Source: an uncultured Desulfospira sp. (GTDB lineage Bacteria > Desulfobacterota > Desulfobacteria > Desulfobacterales > Desulfobacteraceae). Taken from it: 64,000 nucleotides of DNA. The DNA lies in assembly GCA_963663165.1 (NCBI GenBank), contig OY760175.1:1312001-1376000 (forward strand), read 5' to 3'. The first letter of the stretch is position 1. Every line of letters starts with the position of its first letter. The notes beneath the pieces were generated by a model that searched no databases, was not told the DNA's origin, and worked only from the letters and a program-made list of their open reading frames with translations. Of the stretch, positions 20,156 through 30,111 are shown piece by piece. A program made the translations under genes and the position numbers.

Positions 20156-20872
20156 CTAACGGATCAGCAAATTGGTTCCCGGGTAAATGGGATCACCGGG
20201 AGCCATCTTGTTTAATTTTAAAATGGCGGGAACCGTGGTTTTATATTTTTGAGAGATGGACCAGAGGGTGTCCCCTTTTTTTACGGTATGGAACATGTCC
20301 TTTTTGGCAGGCTTGGCCACGGCGGCTTTTTTCACCGGCGGGGCGGCGGCCTTTTTTTCCGGTGCCTTTGCCGTTGCCACAGGTTTTTTAACCGGTGCCG
20401 CTTTTACCGGTTCAGGGGCGGTTTTAATGGACTTAAGCCGGCTTTCAAGGTCTGCCATACGGCCGATGAGGGAGTCCATTTTAAGGGTGACCGAGGTCTG
20501 CATCCGGTCCAGGTTCTGCGCCATTCTGGCCAGGTCTTTTTTTAAAACATCCGAAGACATGCCGGGGCCTTGTTCACCGGAGTCTTGGGCCCCTTTCATC
20601 TCCCCTATGGTGGTTTCAAGGGCTTCAATTTTTTGCTCTAGTTTCGCGATGGTTTCCTTTGCTGCGGCATGGGACGCATCATCAGACCCGGAAGACCTGA
20701 AAAATAAAAAAAAGACCGCCACCGTCACCAGCAATGCGCCCCCGATAATCAACGGCAGTTCATTTTTTTTCAGCACAGAGGGTCGAACCACTTCCTGATT
20801 CTGGAGAGGATTCCCGGCCATGGCTGTGTTTTGGACCCTGCTTTTTGGATTCAGACTGTTTTTCTGATTCAT
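20156..20872 (-). CDS. Membrane-anchored LysM domain protein
   Basis: TM, coiled coil, Lys/Ala/Pro linker, HTVKKGDTLWSIS LysM; AGGAG before ATG 20872. Confidence 0.85.
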   Translation of the reverse strand: MNQKNSLNPKSRVQNTAMAGNPLQNQEVVRPSVLKKNELPLIIGGALLVTVAVFFLFFRSSGSDDASHAAAKETIAKLEQKIEALETTIGEMKGAQDSGEQGPGMSSDVLKKDLARMAQNLDRMQTSVTLKMDSLIGRMADLESRLKSIKTAPEPVKAAPVKKPVATAKAPEKKAAAPPVKKAAVAKPAKKDMFHTVKKGDTLWSISQKYKTTVPAILKLNKMAPGDPIYPGTNLLIR

Positions 20873-20915
20873 TTTTTTGAACTCCTGATATGGATTGGCA
20901 CCAAGGATGCGGGTC

Positions 20916-20944
20916 ATTATAGTGGGACTAGGAATCTGTGTCAA
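20916..20944 (-). promoter_or_regulatory. Consensus sigma70 promoter for LysM-recC-recB
   Basis: Minus strand reads TTGACA-N17-TATAAT exactly. Confidence 0.75.
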
Positions 20945-20950
20945 TGCGCT

Positions 20951-21063
20951 GGGAAATTGGGGGGGGGGGGGAGAAAGTGGGAAAGTGGGCCGGGGGGGAG
21001 TGGGAGACGGGATGTTTTAACCCCAGTCTCCCTTTTTCCGGTCTCCGGTCTTCCGGTCTTCCG
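20951..21063. repeat. G-rich degenerate heptamer hairpin including a G13 run
   Basis: G13 at 20959-20971; GGGAGAC and (CCGGTCT)n arms. Confidence 0.6.
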
Positions 21064-21073
21064 TTTTATTGTC

Positions 21074-22486
21074 TTATTTTTCGAACCTTACTACGAACAC
21101 ATGGCTGTTGCCCCGGCGGAACAGCATTCTGGCCACATATCCTTTTTGAATTTTTTGAAGGACCTTGTTGTATTCGTCATACCCCTTGACTTTTCTATGG
21201 TTAATTTCGATTAAAAGGTCTCCTCGCTGAACCCCGGATCTGGCGGCCTGGCTGTCCGGCTTGATCTGGGTGACCACAAGGCCTTGGATGCCTGAAGGAT
21301 ACCCGAGCTGGCCTGCGATCTCATCATCCATCTGCTGGAATTTGAACCCAAAGGTGTCATATTCGTCTATGGTGGCCAGGGCATCGGGATCACCGTCGGG
21401 CCGTTCCCCAAGCTTTACCTTGACGGTTTTGGTGTCGCCGCTGCGGATCAGCTGGACCTTGATGGTCTCGCCCACGGCAATATTGGCTATGGTCAGGCTC
21501 AAGTCCCGTGAGGTTTCAATGGGCTTGCCGTTGATCTGTGTGATCACATCACCGGGAAGGATGCCGGCCTCATCTGCCGGGTTGCCCTCATACACCTTGG
21601 AGACGTAAACCCCGGTGGTATTTTCAATGCCGTAATATTCGGCCAGTTCCTTGTTCACGTCCTGGATGGCCACGCCCATCCACCCCCGGGACACCTGTTT
21701 GGATTTGGTGAGCTGGTCAATGATGCCCGTGGCCAGGTCCGACGGAATGGCAAACCCGATGCCCTGGCCGGATTTGATGATGGCCGTGTTGATGCCGATG
21801 ACATCCCCGTCAAGGTTGAGCAGGGGGCCCCCGCTGTTGCCCGGGTTAATGGAGGCGTCGGTCTGGATAAAATCGTCATAGGGACCGGACCCTAAGATTC
21901 TGCCTTTGGCGGAAATGATCCCGGCGGTGACGGTCTGCTCTAAGCCAAAGGGGCTGCCGATGGCCACAACCCAGGACCCGACCTTGGCGTCAGAAGACTT
22001 GCCGAACTTTAAGGCATGAAGGTTTTTGGCGTCGATTTTGATCAGGGCCAGGTCGGTCATGGAATCCGTGCCCACAACTTTGGCATCGTATTCCGTACTG
22101 TCGGACAGGATAACCTTGATCTGGTCAGCATCCTTGACCACATGGTTGTTGGTGACGATATACCCGTCCTTGCTGATGATAAATCCAGACCCCAGGCTTT
22201 GCTCCTTCCGGCCCATGGACGGGTTCTGGTTGAAAAACGGTGCAAAAAAGTCGTTGAACTGGTCCTGGTTGCCAAAGGGGCTGCCGAAAAAATGCCGGTA
22301 AACCCGCCCGCCGCCTTGAATGTTTTTTTGGGTCTGGATATTGACGACCCCGGGTTTGGCTTCCTGGGCCAGGGTGGAAAAACTTGCCGGTACCATCTGG
22401 GTTTTCTGATCTGCGAAGGCCAGAGCTGCCAGGGCAACCAGGCCGAGAACCAGCATGGCCGATGTCATTTTTTTAAAGTGTTTCAT
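21074..22486 (-). CDS. Do/DegP/DegQ family serine protease with two PDZ domains
   Basis: GSGFII, VTNNHV, DASINPGNSGGPL; GGAGG before ATG 22486. Confidence 0.92.
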   Translation of the reverse strand: MKHFKKMTSAMLVLGLVALAALAFADQKTQMVPASFSTLAQEAKPGVVNIQTQKNIQGGGRVYRHFFGSPFGNQDQFNDFFAPFFNQNPSMGRKEQSLGSGFIISKDGYIVTNNHVVKDADQIKVILSDSTEYDAKVVGTDSMTDLALIKIDAKNLHALKFGKSSDAKVGSWVVAIGSPFGLEQTVTAGIISAKGRILGSGPYDDFIQTDASINPGNSGGPLLNLDGDVIGINTAIIKSGQGIGFAIPSDLATGIIDQLTKSKQVSRGWMGVAIQDVNKELAEYYGIENTTGVYVSKVYEGNPADEAGILPGDVITQINGKPIETSRDLSLTIANIAVGETIKVQLIRSGDTKTVKVKLGERPDGDPDALATIDEYDTFGFKFQQMDDEIAGQLGYPSGIQGLVVTQIKPDSQAARSGVQRGDLLIEINHRKVKGYDEYNKVLQKIQKGYVARMLFRRGNSHVFVVRFEK

Positions 22487-22584
22487 AATGCCCTCCACGG
22501 TTTATTTATGGGTTTTTGTTGTCGCATTGTCCTGCTTAACCATGAATAATAAAACAGAAAGCTCACTTTTAAATGACCTGAAGA

Positions 22585-24027
22585 TTACAATGCGGTAATC
22601 GAAGCCGGCAGGGTCAGGGTAAACACCGATCCTTTTCCGGGGGTGCTGTCAACGATGATGTCCCCTGCGTGCTGTTTGGCGATGGTCCTGGCAAGGCTTA
22701 AGCCAAGGCCGGTTCCCTGGCTGGTCCGGGAGGATTCGGCCCGGAAAAACCGTTCAAATATTTTTTCAAAATGAACCGGATCAATCCCGGGGCCTGTGTC
22801 CGACACGTCAATGGCCGTCATGCCGTCCTTACGGTTCCGGACACGGACTTGGACCTTTCCCCCGGCCGGGGTGTATTTAAGGGCATTGTCCACCAGGTTG
22901 GAAAAGGCCCGCTGAAGCATTCTGGAATCTGCTAAGACCTTAAGGTTTTCTTCAACGTCAAAGGTCAGTTCGATGTCTTTGTCCTCTGCCACGGGGATGA
23001 ACAGCTCGCAAATCCCGGTGATCATGCCGGTTAAGTCCACCTCGCTGAACTCAAATTCAGCTTCCCCGGCTTCGGCCCTGGAGATGACCAGCATGGTGTT
23101 GATCATGTCCAGAAGCCGGTCAGACTCCTCAATGGTGTTGGCCGCCATGGTTTCATATTCCCGGACCGATGAGTTCTGAACCAGGGACAGTTCAGCAAAG
23201 CCCCGGATCCGGGTCAAAGGGCTTTTCAGGTCATGGGCAATGTTGTCGCTCATTTCCCGGATGGAGCCCACCAGGTCTGAAATCCGGTCCAGCATCCGGT
23301 TAAAGGTGGAGGCCAGCTGGTCGAGTTCGTCCTGGTTTCCGGTGATCCTTACCCGTTCTTCAAGGTTGGAGCCTGTGATGCTCTGGGCGGTTTTCCGTAT
23401 CCGGTCCACACCGGCCATGGCCTTTCGAACCAGGAACCAGCCCGATACGGCGGAGAACAGGATAATAAATCCCATGGCCACCAGAAAAACCATCCTGAAG
23501 GCCGATAAAAACCGGGATTCAAAATCCATGGCAATACCGGTCTGAAGAATGATATTTTTGGCGGCCAGGGCATAAAGGACCCGGGCCTTCTGGTCACTGA
23601 ACAGTTTGTCTGAATTTTCAGGCCGTCTTTCAAGGGTTTCAAACACCGGGGTCTGTTTTTCCAGAAGGCCTTTTATAGACGCCAGATTGACCGGCACCTT
23701 TTTCCAATAGGACATGTGGGAAGAGGCAAAGACCTCGCCGCTGGGATAAAGCAGCCTGAAAAAAATCATTTTCTCACCGCTGGCCTGGGCCTCAATGACG
23801 GCTAAGTTGCCGGCCCCCACCAGGCCGTTTCTCTGGATCACCTTTGAAAAATAGGCGGCCTTGTCTAAAAGGTCCCGGTCCACCTGGTCCTGGAGGGTCT
23901 GGGCGGCAATATAGTAAAACAGGCCGAATGCCACGCAGGAGGAGATGGAAAAAATCCCCGCGTACCAGATGGTCAGCCGGAAAGCGATGGTTTTAAAAAA
24001 ATCAGGCATTCCCGGTTTTAAGGACAT
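22585..24027 (-). CDS. HAMP sensor histidine kinase
   Basis: Two TMs, HAMP, AHDLKSPL, NLVDNA, GTGLGL. Confidence 0.92.
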   Translation of the reverse strand: MSLKPGMPDFFKTIAFRLTIWYAGIFSISSCVAFGLFYYIAAQTLQDQVDRDLLDKAAYFSKVIQRNGLVGAGNLAVIEAQASGEKMIFFRLLYPSGEVFASSHMSYWKKVPVNLASIKGLLEKQTPVFETLERRPENSDKLFSDQKARVLYALAAKNIILQTGIAMDFESRFLSAFRMVFLVAMGFIILFSAVSGWFLVRKAMAGVDRIRKTAQSITGSNLEERVRITGNQDELDQLASTFNRMLDRISDLVGSIREMSDNIAHDLKSPLTRIRGFAELSLVQNSSVREYETMAANTIEESDRLLDMINTMLVISRAEAGEAEFEFSEVDLTGMITGICELFIPVAEDKDIELTFDVEENLKVLADSRMLQRAFSNLVDNALKYTPAGGKVQVRVRNRKDGMTAIDVSDTGPGIDPVHFEKIFERFFRAESSRTSQGTGLGLSLARTIAKQHAGDIIVDSTPGKGSVFTLTLPASITAL

Positions 24028-24682
24028 ACCCGGCGCCCCGGACCGTGTGGATCAACTTGTCGGGAAATCCCTTGTCCACCTTGTCTCGAAGCCGGCAGAT
24101 CCTTGCCTCCACCACGTTGGTCATGGGGTCAAAATTATAGTTCCAGACATGCTCCATGATCATGGTCTTGGACACCACCCGCTCCCGGTTTCTCATCAGG
24201 TATTCCAACAGGGAGAACTCTAAAGGCTGAAGCTCAATTTCGTCCTCTCCCCGTATGACTTTGCGCTTGACAATATCAACGGACAGGTCGGCATAGGTCA
24301 GGTTCACCGGGTCGGTGATATTGCCGGCCCTGCGGATCAATGCCTGGACCCTGGCCAGAAGCTCGGAAAAGGCAAAGGGTTTGGTCAGATAGTCGTCGGC
24401 GCCGGCCTCAAGCCCCTTGACCCGGTCATCCACCCGGCCCCGGGCGCTTAAAATGATAATGGGGGTATTGTCCTCGCCGGCCCGGATTTTCTTAATCAGG
24501 GACAGTCCGTCCAGTTCCGGCAGCATGATGTCAATAATCAGGGTGTCAAAGGGCGCGCCCCCGGCCATGTCAAGCCCTTCAGTTCCGGTGCGTGCGACGT
24601 CTACGGCAAAGCCCGAGGCCTTGAGGCCCTTTTCAATAAACCCTGCAATTTTTTCATCGTCTTCCACCAGCAGAATTCTCAT
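24002..24682 (-). CDS. OmpR-family response regulator
   Basis: LLVEDD, DIMLP, GADDYLTKPF, IHTVRGAGY. Confidence 0.95.
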   Translation of the reverse strand: MRILLVEDDEKIAGFIEKGLKASGFAVDVARTGTEGLDMAGGAPFDTLIIDIMLPELDGLSLIKKIRAGEDNTPIIILSARGRVDDRVKGLEAGADDYLTKPFAFSELLARVQALIRRAGNITDPVNLTYADLSVDIVKRKVIRGEDEIELQPLEFSLLEYLMRNRERVVSKTMIMEHVWNYNFDPMTNVVEARICRLRDKVDKGFPDKLIHTVRGAGYVLKTGNA

Positions 24683-24700
24683 GAATGGTTCCTTATAATT

Positions 24701-24786
24701 AGGGGTTTAGGCTGAAGGAGGTTAGGCTGAAGTATTTTATAACCATCATTTATAACCATCACCCTTCAGTCTTCAGCCTTCAGCCT
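24701..24786. repeat. AGGCTGA-family hairpin repeat
   Basis: TTAGGCTGAAG x2 versus (CTTCAGC)n; half copies at 27246-27275 and 42129-42161. Confidence 0.7.
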
Positions 24787-24939
24787 TTAATACTATATGA
24801 CGGTGACGGCTTTTATCAATATTGATTTGATTTTTTTAAGACAAACAGATAAAGTTGCAAAAATTTCACAGCCCCTGGCGTCAAGGAGTCCCATATAAAA
24901 CCGTTACTGAACATAAAATATACCTGGTGGATCTTTCAG

Positions 24940-25140
24940 GTGCTGCTGGTGGCGGTTTCGGCGTTTTTCCTTTTTTTCGGGTGGGACCTGCTCATGGCGG
25001 CCTATCAGCTCAAAGATCCCTTTTCCTTTATCATGACCTTTTTTGCCGCCAACTTTATTTTGCTCATCAGCCTGACCCTAGGCTTAAGTTTTGTGATCAA
25101 AATGGTCCGGGTCTATAAGCGAATTCAAAACAAACCCTAA
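24940..25140 (+). CDS. Small two-TM membrane protein (true start may be slightly upstream)
   Basis: Two hydrophobic stretches and a basic C-terminus, directly before uup. Confidence 0.6.
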   Translation: MLLVAVSAFFLFFGWDLLMAAYQLKDPFSFIMTFFAANFILLISLTLGLSFVIKMVRVYKRIQNKP

Positions 25141-25158
25141 CCGCTAAAAGCCTTTCCC

Positions 25159-27033
25159 ATGTCCGTTTTATTCAGCCTCAAACAAGTATCCAAAGCCTAC
25201 GGGGATGACACCCTTTTTGATGACCTTAGTGTTGACTTTAAACAGGGGGAACAGTTAGGCCTGATCGGCATGAACGGCTCGGGCAAATCCACACTGCTCA
25301 AGCTCATTGCCGGGTTGAGCCTGCCGGATGAGGGCGAACTAGTCCTTAAAAAAGGGGAACGGTTTGTCTACCTGGCCCAGGAGGACCGGTTCGATCCGGA
25401 CCAGACCATTGAGCAGGTCCTGGTTGAGGGCCTGAAGTCCCTGGAAAAAGAAGATCTAGGACAGGTTTTGGATGAACGCGAACTGCACCGCCGGGTGAAC
25501 CGGTCCCTTGGCAAGGGGATGTTTTCAGACCCTTCCCGGAAAACGGGCAAGCTGTCCGGGGGATGGAAAAAAAGGCTGGCCATTACCCGGGCCCTTTGCA
25601 TGGAACCCGATGTCCTTTTGCTGGACGAGCCCACCAATCATCTGGATCTGAGCGGTATTCTCTGGCTTGAATCCCTGCTCCGACAGGCGGCTTTTTCCTT
25701 TGTGGTGGTCAGCCATGACCGGGCCTTCCTGGAAAATATCTGCCAGAATATCATGGAAATCGGCCCCTGTTATGAGAACGGATATTTTAAAATCCCGGGC
25801 CAGTACCGGAAATTTGAAAAGGAACGGGAAAAACTGCTTGAAGCCCAGCTCAAGCAGCAGGCGTCCCTGGCCAGCAAAATGCGCCGGGAGGATGAATGGC
25901 TCAAACAAGGCGCAAAGGCCCGGTCCACAAAGGCCAAGTACCGAATCCAGGAGGCGGCAAGGTTACGGGAACAGCTGTCCGCCATCCAGGAACGAAACCG
26001 GCAGACCGCCCGGGTGGACATTGATTTTTCAGGCACCGGCCGGCAGACGCGGAAACTGATCCGGGCCCATAACATCGCAAAAAGCTTTCAGGACAAGGTG
26101 TTGTTTTCGAATATCACCTTTGAAATCGGGCCGGGGTTCTGTCTTGGGGTGACCGGGGACAACGGCTCGGGGAAATCCACGTTTTTGTCCATCCTTGAAA
26201 AAAAACTGGAACCGGACACCGGCACGGTCAAATGGGCCGAGAACCTGAAGATTGCCGTATTTGACCAGAACCGGGCCCGCCTGGACCCTGAAAAAACCTT
26301 AAAAGAAGCCTTAAACCCGGCCGGCGGCGATTCGGTCAATTACAAGGGAAATCCCCTGCACGTGGTCACCTGGGCCAAACGATTCCTGTTCATGCCCGAC
26401 CAGCTGGACATGCCCGTAAAGCGTTTGTCCGGGGGGGAAAAGGCCCGGATCATCCTGGCCAACCTCATGCTGGAACCCTGTGATATCCTGATGCTGGACG
26501 AGCCCACCAACGACCTGGACATCCTCTCCCTTGACGTCCTGGAACAGAGCATCAAAGAGTTTAAAGGCGGGGTCATCATCGTCTCCCATGACCGGTTTCT
26601 CATGGACCGGGTCTGCCACCGGATCCTTTACCTGGACCCGGATATTCCCAAATCCGGGGATACAAAGTCCCATCCGGTCTTTTTCAAAGGCTTTGACCAG
26701 ATCCTGAAATACAGACAGGAAAGGCAAACAGAAAAGAAAACGCTGGCAAATAAAGAAAAAGACCCGGTCCCCCCTCCGCCCCGCCCGTCCAAACCATCCA
26801 AAGGACTGTCGTTTAAAGACAAGTACGAGTTAGAGCATATCGAAGAAAAAATCCTTGACGCCGAAGCCCGGGTGGACGAACTGACCCAGGCCGTCCAAAC
26901 CCCTGAGGCCGTCAACGACCCGGCCCTCATGGCCCAACTGTGTTCAGACCTTGAACAGGCCCAGGCCCTTGTCTCTGACCTTTATAACCGGTGGGAAGAA
27001 CTGGAAGACCGGAAACGGGAAACCCAAGGCTGA
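25159..27033 (+). CDS. uup: ABC-F family ATPase, Uup-like
   Basis: Two ABC domains (GMNGSGKST, GDNGSGKST, LDEPTN x2), no TM, KARSTK linker, LSFKDKYEL C-terminal coil. Confidence 0.85.
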   Translation: MSVLFSLKQVSKAYGDDTLFDDLSVDFKQGEQLGLIGMNGSGKSTLLKLIAGLSLPDEGELVLKKGERFVYLAQEDRFDPDQTIEQVLVEGLKSLEKEDLGQVLDERELHRRVNRSLGKGMFSDPSRKTGKLSGGWKKRLAITRALCMEPDVLLLDEPTNHLDLSGILWLESLLRQAAFSFVVVSHDRAFLENICQNIMEIGPCYENGYFKIPGQYRKFEKEREKLLEAQLKQQASLASKMRREDEWLKQGAKARSTKAKYRIQEAARLREQLSAIQERNRQTARVDIDFSGTGRQTRKLIRAHNIAKSFQDKVLFSNITFEIGPGFCLGVTGDNGSGKSTFLSILEKKLEPDTGTVKWAENLKIAVFDQNRARLDPEKTLKEALNPAGGDSVNYKGNPLHVVTWAKRFLFMPDQLDMPVKRLSGGEKARIILANLMLEPCDILMLDEPTNDLDILSLDVLEQSIKEFKGGVIIVSHDRFLMDRVCHRILYLDPDIPKSGDTKSHPVFFKGFDQILKYRQERQTEKKTLANKEKDPVPPPPRPSKPSKGLSFKDKYELEHIEEKILDAEARVDELTQAVQTPEAVNDPALMAQLCSDLEQAQALVSDLYNRWEELEDRKRETQG

Positions 27034-27074
27034 AGGCCGGAAAATACAAAGACGGCAACCGGACAATCGCATAT

Positions 27075-27134
27075 GGACTTGGGATATGGGACTTGGGACT
27101 TGGGAATTGCAGCATCCACGGCCTCCCCAAGTCC
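27075..27134. repeat. Heptamer hairpin repeat, GGGACTT family
   Basis: Loop TTGCAGCATCCACGGCCTCC differs by 1 nt from the 2363 copy. Confidence 0.85.
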
Positions 27135-27199
27135 TAAGCCGATAGTTAGCGTGAGCCCGTTTGATTTATCCCTCACAAACAACATGTTATATGGACAAT

Positions 27200-27231
27200 G
27201 GTGGGCAACGCTGCGCTTTTGCCCACCCTAC
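27200..27231 (-). repeat. GTAG-type REP element
   Basis: Minus strand GTAG-GGTGGGCAA-AAGCGCAGCG-TTGCCCACC. Confidence 0.75.
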
Positions 27232-27340
27232 CGAACTGTGCATTCTTTCAGCCTAAACACCTTCAGCCTAATTCCCTTTTTATTATCCCCATCAGCGGAA
27301 TGGCAGCACCTGTAATGCAAATGCCCTGAAGACCGAAAAC

Positions 27341-27502
27341 CTACTCCTTGATAATAAATTCATCGAGCTTTGTAAACATCTCTTCGGGCCACTCTTCAGC
27401 GTTGAGAAACAGGTCCTGCTCTTCTTGGGTTAAATTTTCCCTGACGGCCGGCGGCAGGCTCTCAAAGGCAATCTGCCGCTCTTTTTTTAATTTTTTGTCC
27501 AT
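27341..27502 (-). CDS. Small hypothetical protein, 53 aa (MDKKLKKERQIAFESLPPAVRENLT...), not in ORF track
   Basis: Clean ATG-TAG ORF with AGGA upstream and natural-looking helical composition. Confidence 0.6.
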   Translation of the reverse strand: MDKKLKKERQIAFESLPPAVRENLTQEEQDLFLNAEEWPEEMFTKLDEFIIKE

Positions 27503-27581
27503 ATTTTTGTCCTATTTTTTTGTTTGCGATCCTCATATGGTGTAACGAGGTTTAACGGTTTAAGTAAAAAGGCATCTTTGA

Positions 27582-28346
27582 TCAGGAATCCAATTCATAT
27601 ATGAGTCGAATCAGCTTATCGATCTGGTCGAATTGGATGCTGCCAAACCCAAGCTGTTTTAGATTTTGAGGTGGATCGGCAATCATTGCGTCCATATAGC
27701 ATTTAAAATCAGCCTTGACCCTTTCCGGAAGGGCAACGCGTTTCTCGGGATCAATAATTTGGGACAGTCGAAAAATATCATTTTTATGTTTTTTGATGTC
27801 ATGACTATCAACCTTTTCGCCGGCCTCTTTCCTTTCGGTAAGATCAAGCCAGGCCCTTGCTTTTAAAGGGATAATGGCCTCCGGGGGAACCGTTGGAATA
27901 CCATCCATATCAATTTTAGATTGATGGATTAAACCGTAATAGCCATCGTCCAGCAAAATTGCCGAAAGGCTTGATAATGTGTCATCCAACGGAATGGGCG
28001 TTAAATGGGCATCATCAGATAAATTCAATGCGTCTGGAATACGGGAAAAGAGTTCCAACACATCCGGGAATAAAGCATTTTCCGGATTGCAAAATCGGTA
28101 AAATAATTTTTTCCCTGTACTCCTCTGGGGGGTCTGGTACTTGCCGATTTTCACAAACTCCCAAAACGCCTTCGCAAAATCAATGTCTAAAGCCTCGACG
28201 CATAAAACAAGATCAAGGTCTTTAGTGGCCCTGAAATCCAGTCCGGCCTCATCCATGGAAAGAAAACAAGCCGCACCGCCAATCAGGACATATCGGTCAT
28301 TGAAGTCCTGGAAATGGGCCTTAAACTGATCAATCCCTTTTACCAT
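27582..28346 (-). CDS. Nucleotidyltransferase-fold protein (AbiEii-like)
   Basis: VLIGGAAC...RATKDLDLV Pol-beta-type motif; KKHKNDI late motif. Confidence 0.7.
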   Translation of the reverse strand: MVKGIDQFKAHFQDFNDRYVLIGGAACFLSMDEAGLDFRATKDLDLVLCVEALDIDFAKAFWEFVKIGKYQTPQRSTGKKLFYRFCNPENALFPDVLELFSRIPDALNLSDDAHLTPIPLDDTLSSLSAILLDDGYYGLIHQSKIDMDGIPTVPPEAIIPLKARAWLDLTERKEAGEKVDSHDIKKHKNDIFRLSQIIDPEKRVALPERVKADFKCYMDAMIADPPQNLKQLGFGSIQFDQIDKLIRLIYELDS

Positions 28347-29329
28347 TCAACTTGTCCCATCATGTCTTTGAGCGCAAATTGAATGCGCTCGTCATGATCC
28401 TCTTTCATACTCAAAAAAAGAGAGAGGCGATCCACCACACCCTTTTCCCCAAACAACTTTGGGGCATACCGCCAGATTTCCACTTTGCCGGCATTGGGCT
28501 CGGCAGCATCCAGTATCATTAAATCATCTTTATGACAAATTTTTTTCCACTGTTTTCCCTCCAGGGCCATGACCGGATTTTCCGGCGCCGCCAAATTGGA
28601 ATAGCAGGCCAAAGCGGAAAGACCTGCGCTTAATCCATAGGGGTGGTTGGAAATATCCTTGACCCAGAAGCTTTTTTGAACAGGACTGCGCAAACGGTTA
28701 AGCGCATCTTCCCAAACCTGATTTTTATCCTGATTAAACCGCAGGATGCGCTCACGGCCTTCCATGGCTATGGTGCCAAGACCGGTTCCATCCAATTCAT
28801 CCAATGCACGGGTCATCGTCATGAGACTGTAGCCCAGTTCACCGGCCAACTTTTTGGGTGTTAATCGAAATTGCCCGTTCCCGTTCCGGCACAGGTAATA
28901 TAAAACAATCACCTGTGTGGAAGGGCTGAAACTTTCCCTGGTTTCCGTGATTTTTTTAAAATGCTCGCGTAGATCAATACCAAGAAATGGAAGGTACATT
29001 TGATTTAAAGGGATAACAAAAGGGATCTTATGCTGGATTAACCGTTTGCGATTGTATGCGGTCACCTTCTGCTGCAAGTAGAGTACCTCACCCTGCCATT
29101 TTTTACGGACCTGGTTTATATGTTTATGGATCGTTGCGGGGGTTTGATCGGCCGTGTCCCTGCTGGCCATTACCAGACAAGATGTCCTTAAAATACGGAC
29201 TTCGAAAAAAACATACCTCTCCTGGAGGAATATGGGCAGAATATCTGTATTTAACCATTGCCTGAGGGATACATCAATATCCAGTGTTTCCTTAAGATAT
29301 CGTTTTAAACTGTTTGCAAGCTGATCCAT
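28340..29329 (-). CDS. Winged-helix-containing partner (AbiEi-like antitoxin/regulator)
   Basis: TPKKLAGELGYSLMTMTRALDEL HTH, LSAGLSAL motif; overlaps the NTase gene. Confidence 0.55.
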   Translation of the reverse strand: MDQLANSLKRYLKETLDIDVSLRQWLNTDILPIFLQERYVFFEVRILRTSCLVMASRDTADQTPATIHKHINQVRKKWQGEVLYLQQKVTAYNRKRLIQHKIPFVIPLNQMYLPFLGIDLREHFKKITETRESFSPSTQVIVLYYLCRNGNGQFRLTPKKLAGELGYSLMTMTRALDELDGTGLGTIAMEGRERILRFNQDKNQVWEDALNRLRSPVQKSFWVKDISNHPYGLSAGLSALACYSNLAAPENPVMALEGKQWKKICHKDDLMILDAAEPNAGKVEIWRYAPKLFGEKGVVDRLSLFLSMKEDHDERIQFALKDMMGQVEW

Positions 29330-29341
29330 AAACCCATCCTG

Positions 29342-29398
29342 ATAACATATTTATTGCACAATAGCACTTTGGATGTTATCGTGCAATAAATATGTTAT
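29342..29398. promoter_or_regulatory. 18-bp perfect inverted repeat (operator and/or rsmE terminator)
   Basis: ATAACATATTTATTGCAC-N21-GTGCAATAAATATGTTAT. Confidence 0.65.
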
Positions 29399-30109
29399 TT
29401 AATGAAACAGCCGGGAGATTAAAAACGGGACCGCCGTTTCCACCCGTAAAATGCGCGGCCCCAGGTTGTAAGAGATAAACCCCTGTTCTTCAAGGGTGTT
29501 AACCTCCAGATCAATGAACCCGCCCTCAGGCCCCACGGCCAGGACGGTCTTTTGGTTTACCCCGGCGGGACAACTTTGATCGGTTTTCGGATGGGCCGTG
29601 ATACAAAGGCACCCTTCGCCAATGCCGGGCAGCTCCTGTTTTACAAACCGGGTGAAAATCCGTTTCTTTTGGATCACCGGCATCACGGTGTCCCCGGCCT
29701 GTTCCAGCCCGAGGATCATGGATTTTTCAAGGCTTTCATCATCCAGCACCGGGCTTTGCCAGAAACTTTTTTCCACCCGCCACGAATTGACCAGAAAAAT
29801 TTGTTTTACCCCCAGGCTGGTCACACATTCAATGACCCTTCTGAGCATTTTAGGCCTGGGGAGGGCCAGTACCAGGGTTAACGGTAGGGGCGGCGGCGGC
29901 GGGGTGTCCAGAACGACTTCAAGTTCAGCCGCTGAGCTGTTGATGGACACAAGGGTGGCCCATCCCCGGTTTTCGTTCAAAAGGCCGCAGGCCATTTTCT
30001 GGCCGGGTTCGGCGTTGAGGACCTTGGCCAAATGGGTCAGCCGCCGGCCGGTCACCACGGCCCGTTGGGGGGAAATAAAGTCCTCGTCTTTGAGCAGGAT
30101 CAGGTTCAT
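29399..30109 (-). CDS. rsmE: 16S rRNA m3U1498 methyltransferase
   Basis: VGPEGGF, LGPRILRVETA SPOUT motifs. Confidence 0.9.
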   Translation of the reverse strand: MNLILLKDEDFISPQRAVVTGRRLTHLAKVLNAEPGQKMACGLLNENRGWATLVSINSSAAELEVVLDTPPPPPLPLTLVLALPRPKMLRRVIECVTSLGVKQIFLVNSWRVEKSFWQSPVLDDESLEKSMILGLEQAGDTVMPVIQKKRIFTRFVKQELPGIGEGCLCITAHPKTDQSCPAGVNQKTVLAVGPEGGFIDLEVNTLEEQGFISYNLGPRILRVETAVPFLISRLFH

Positions 30110-30111
30110 GG

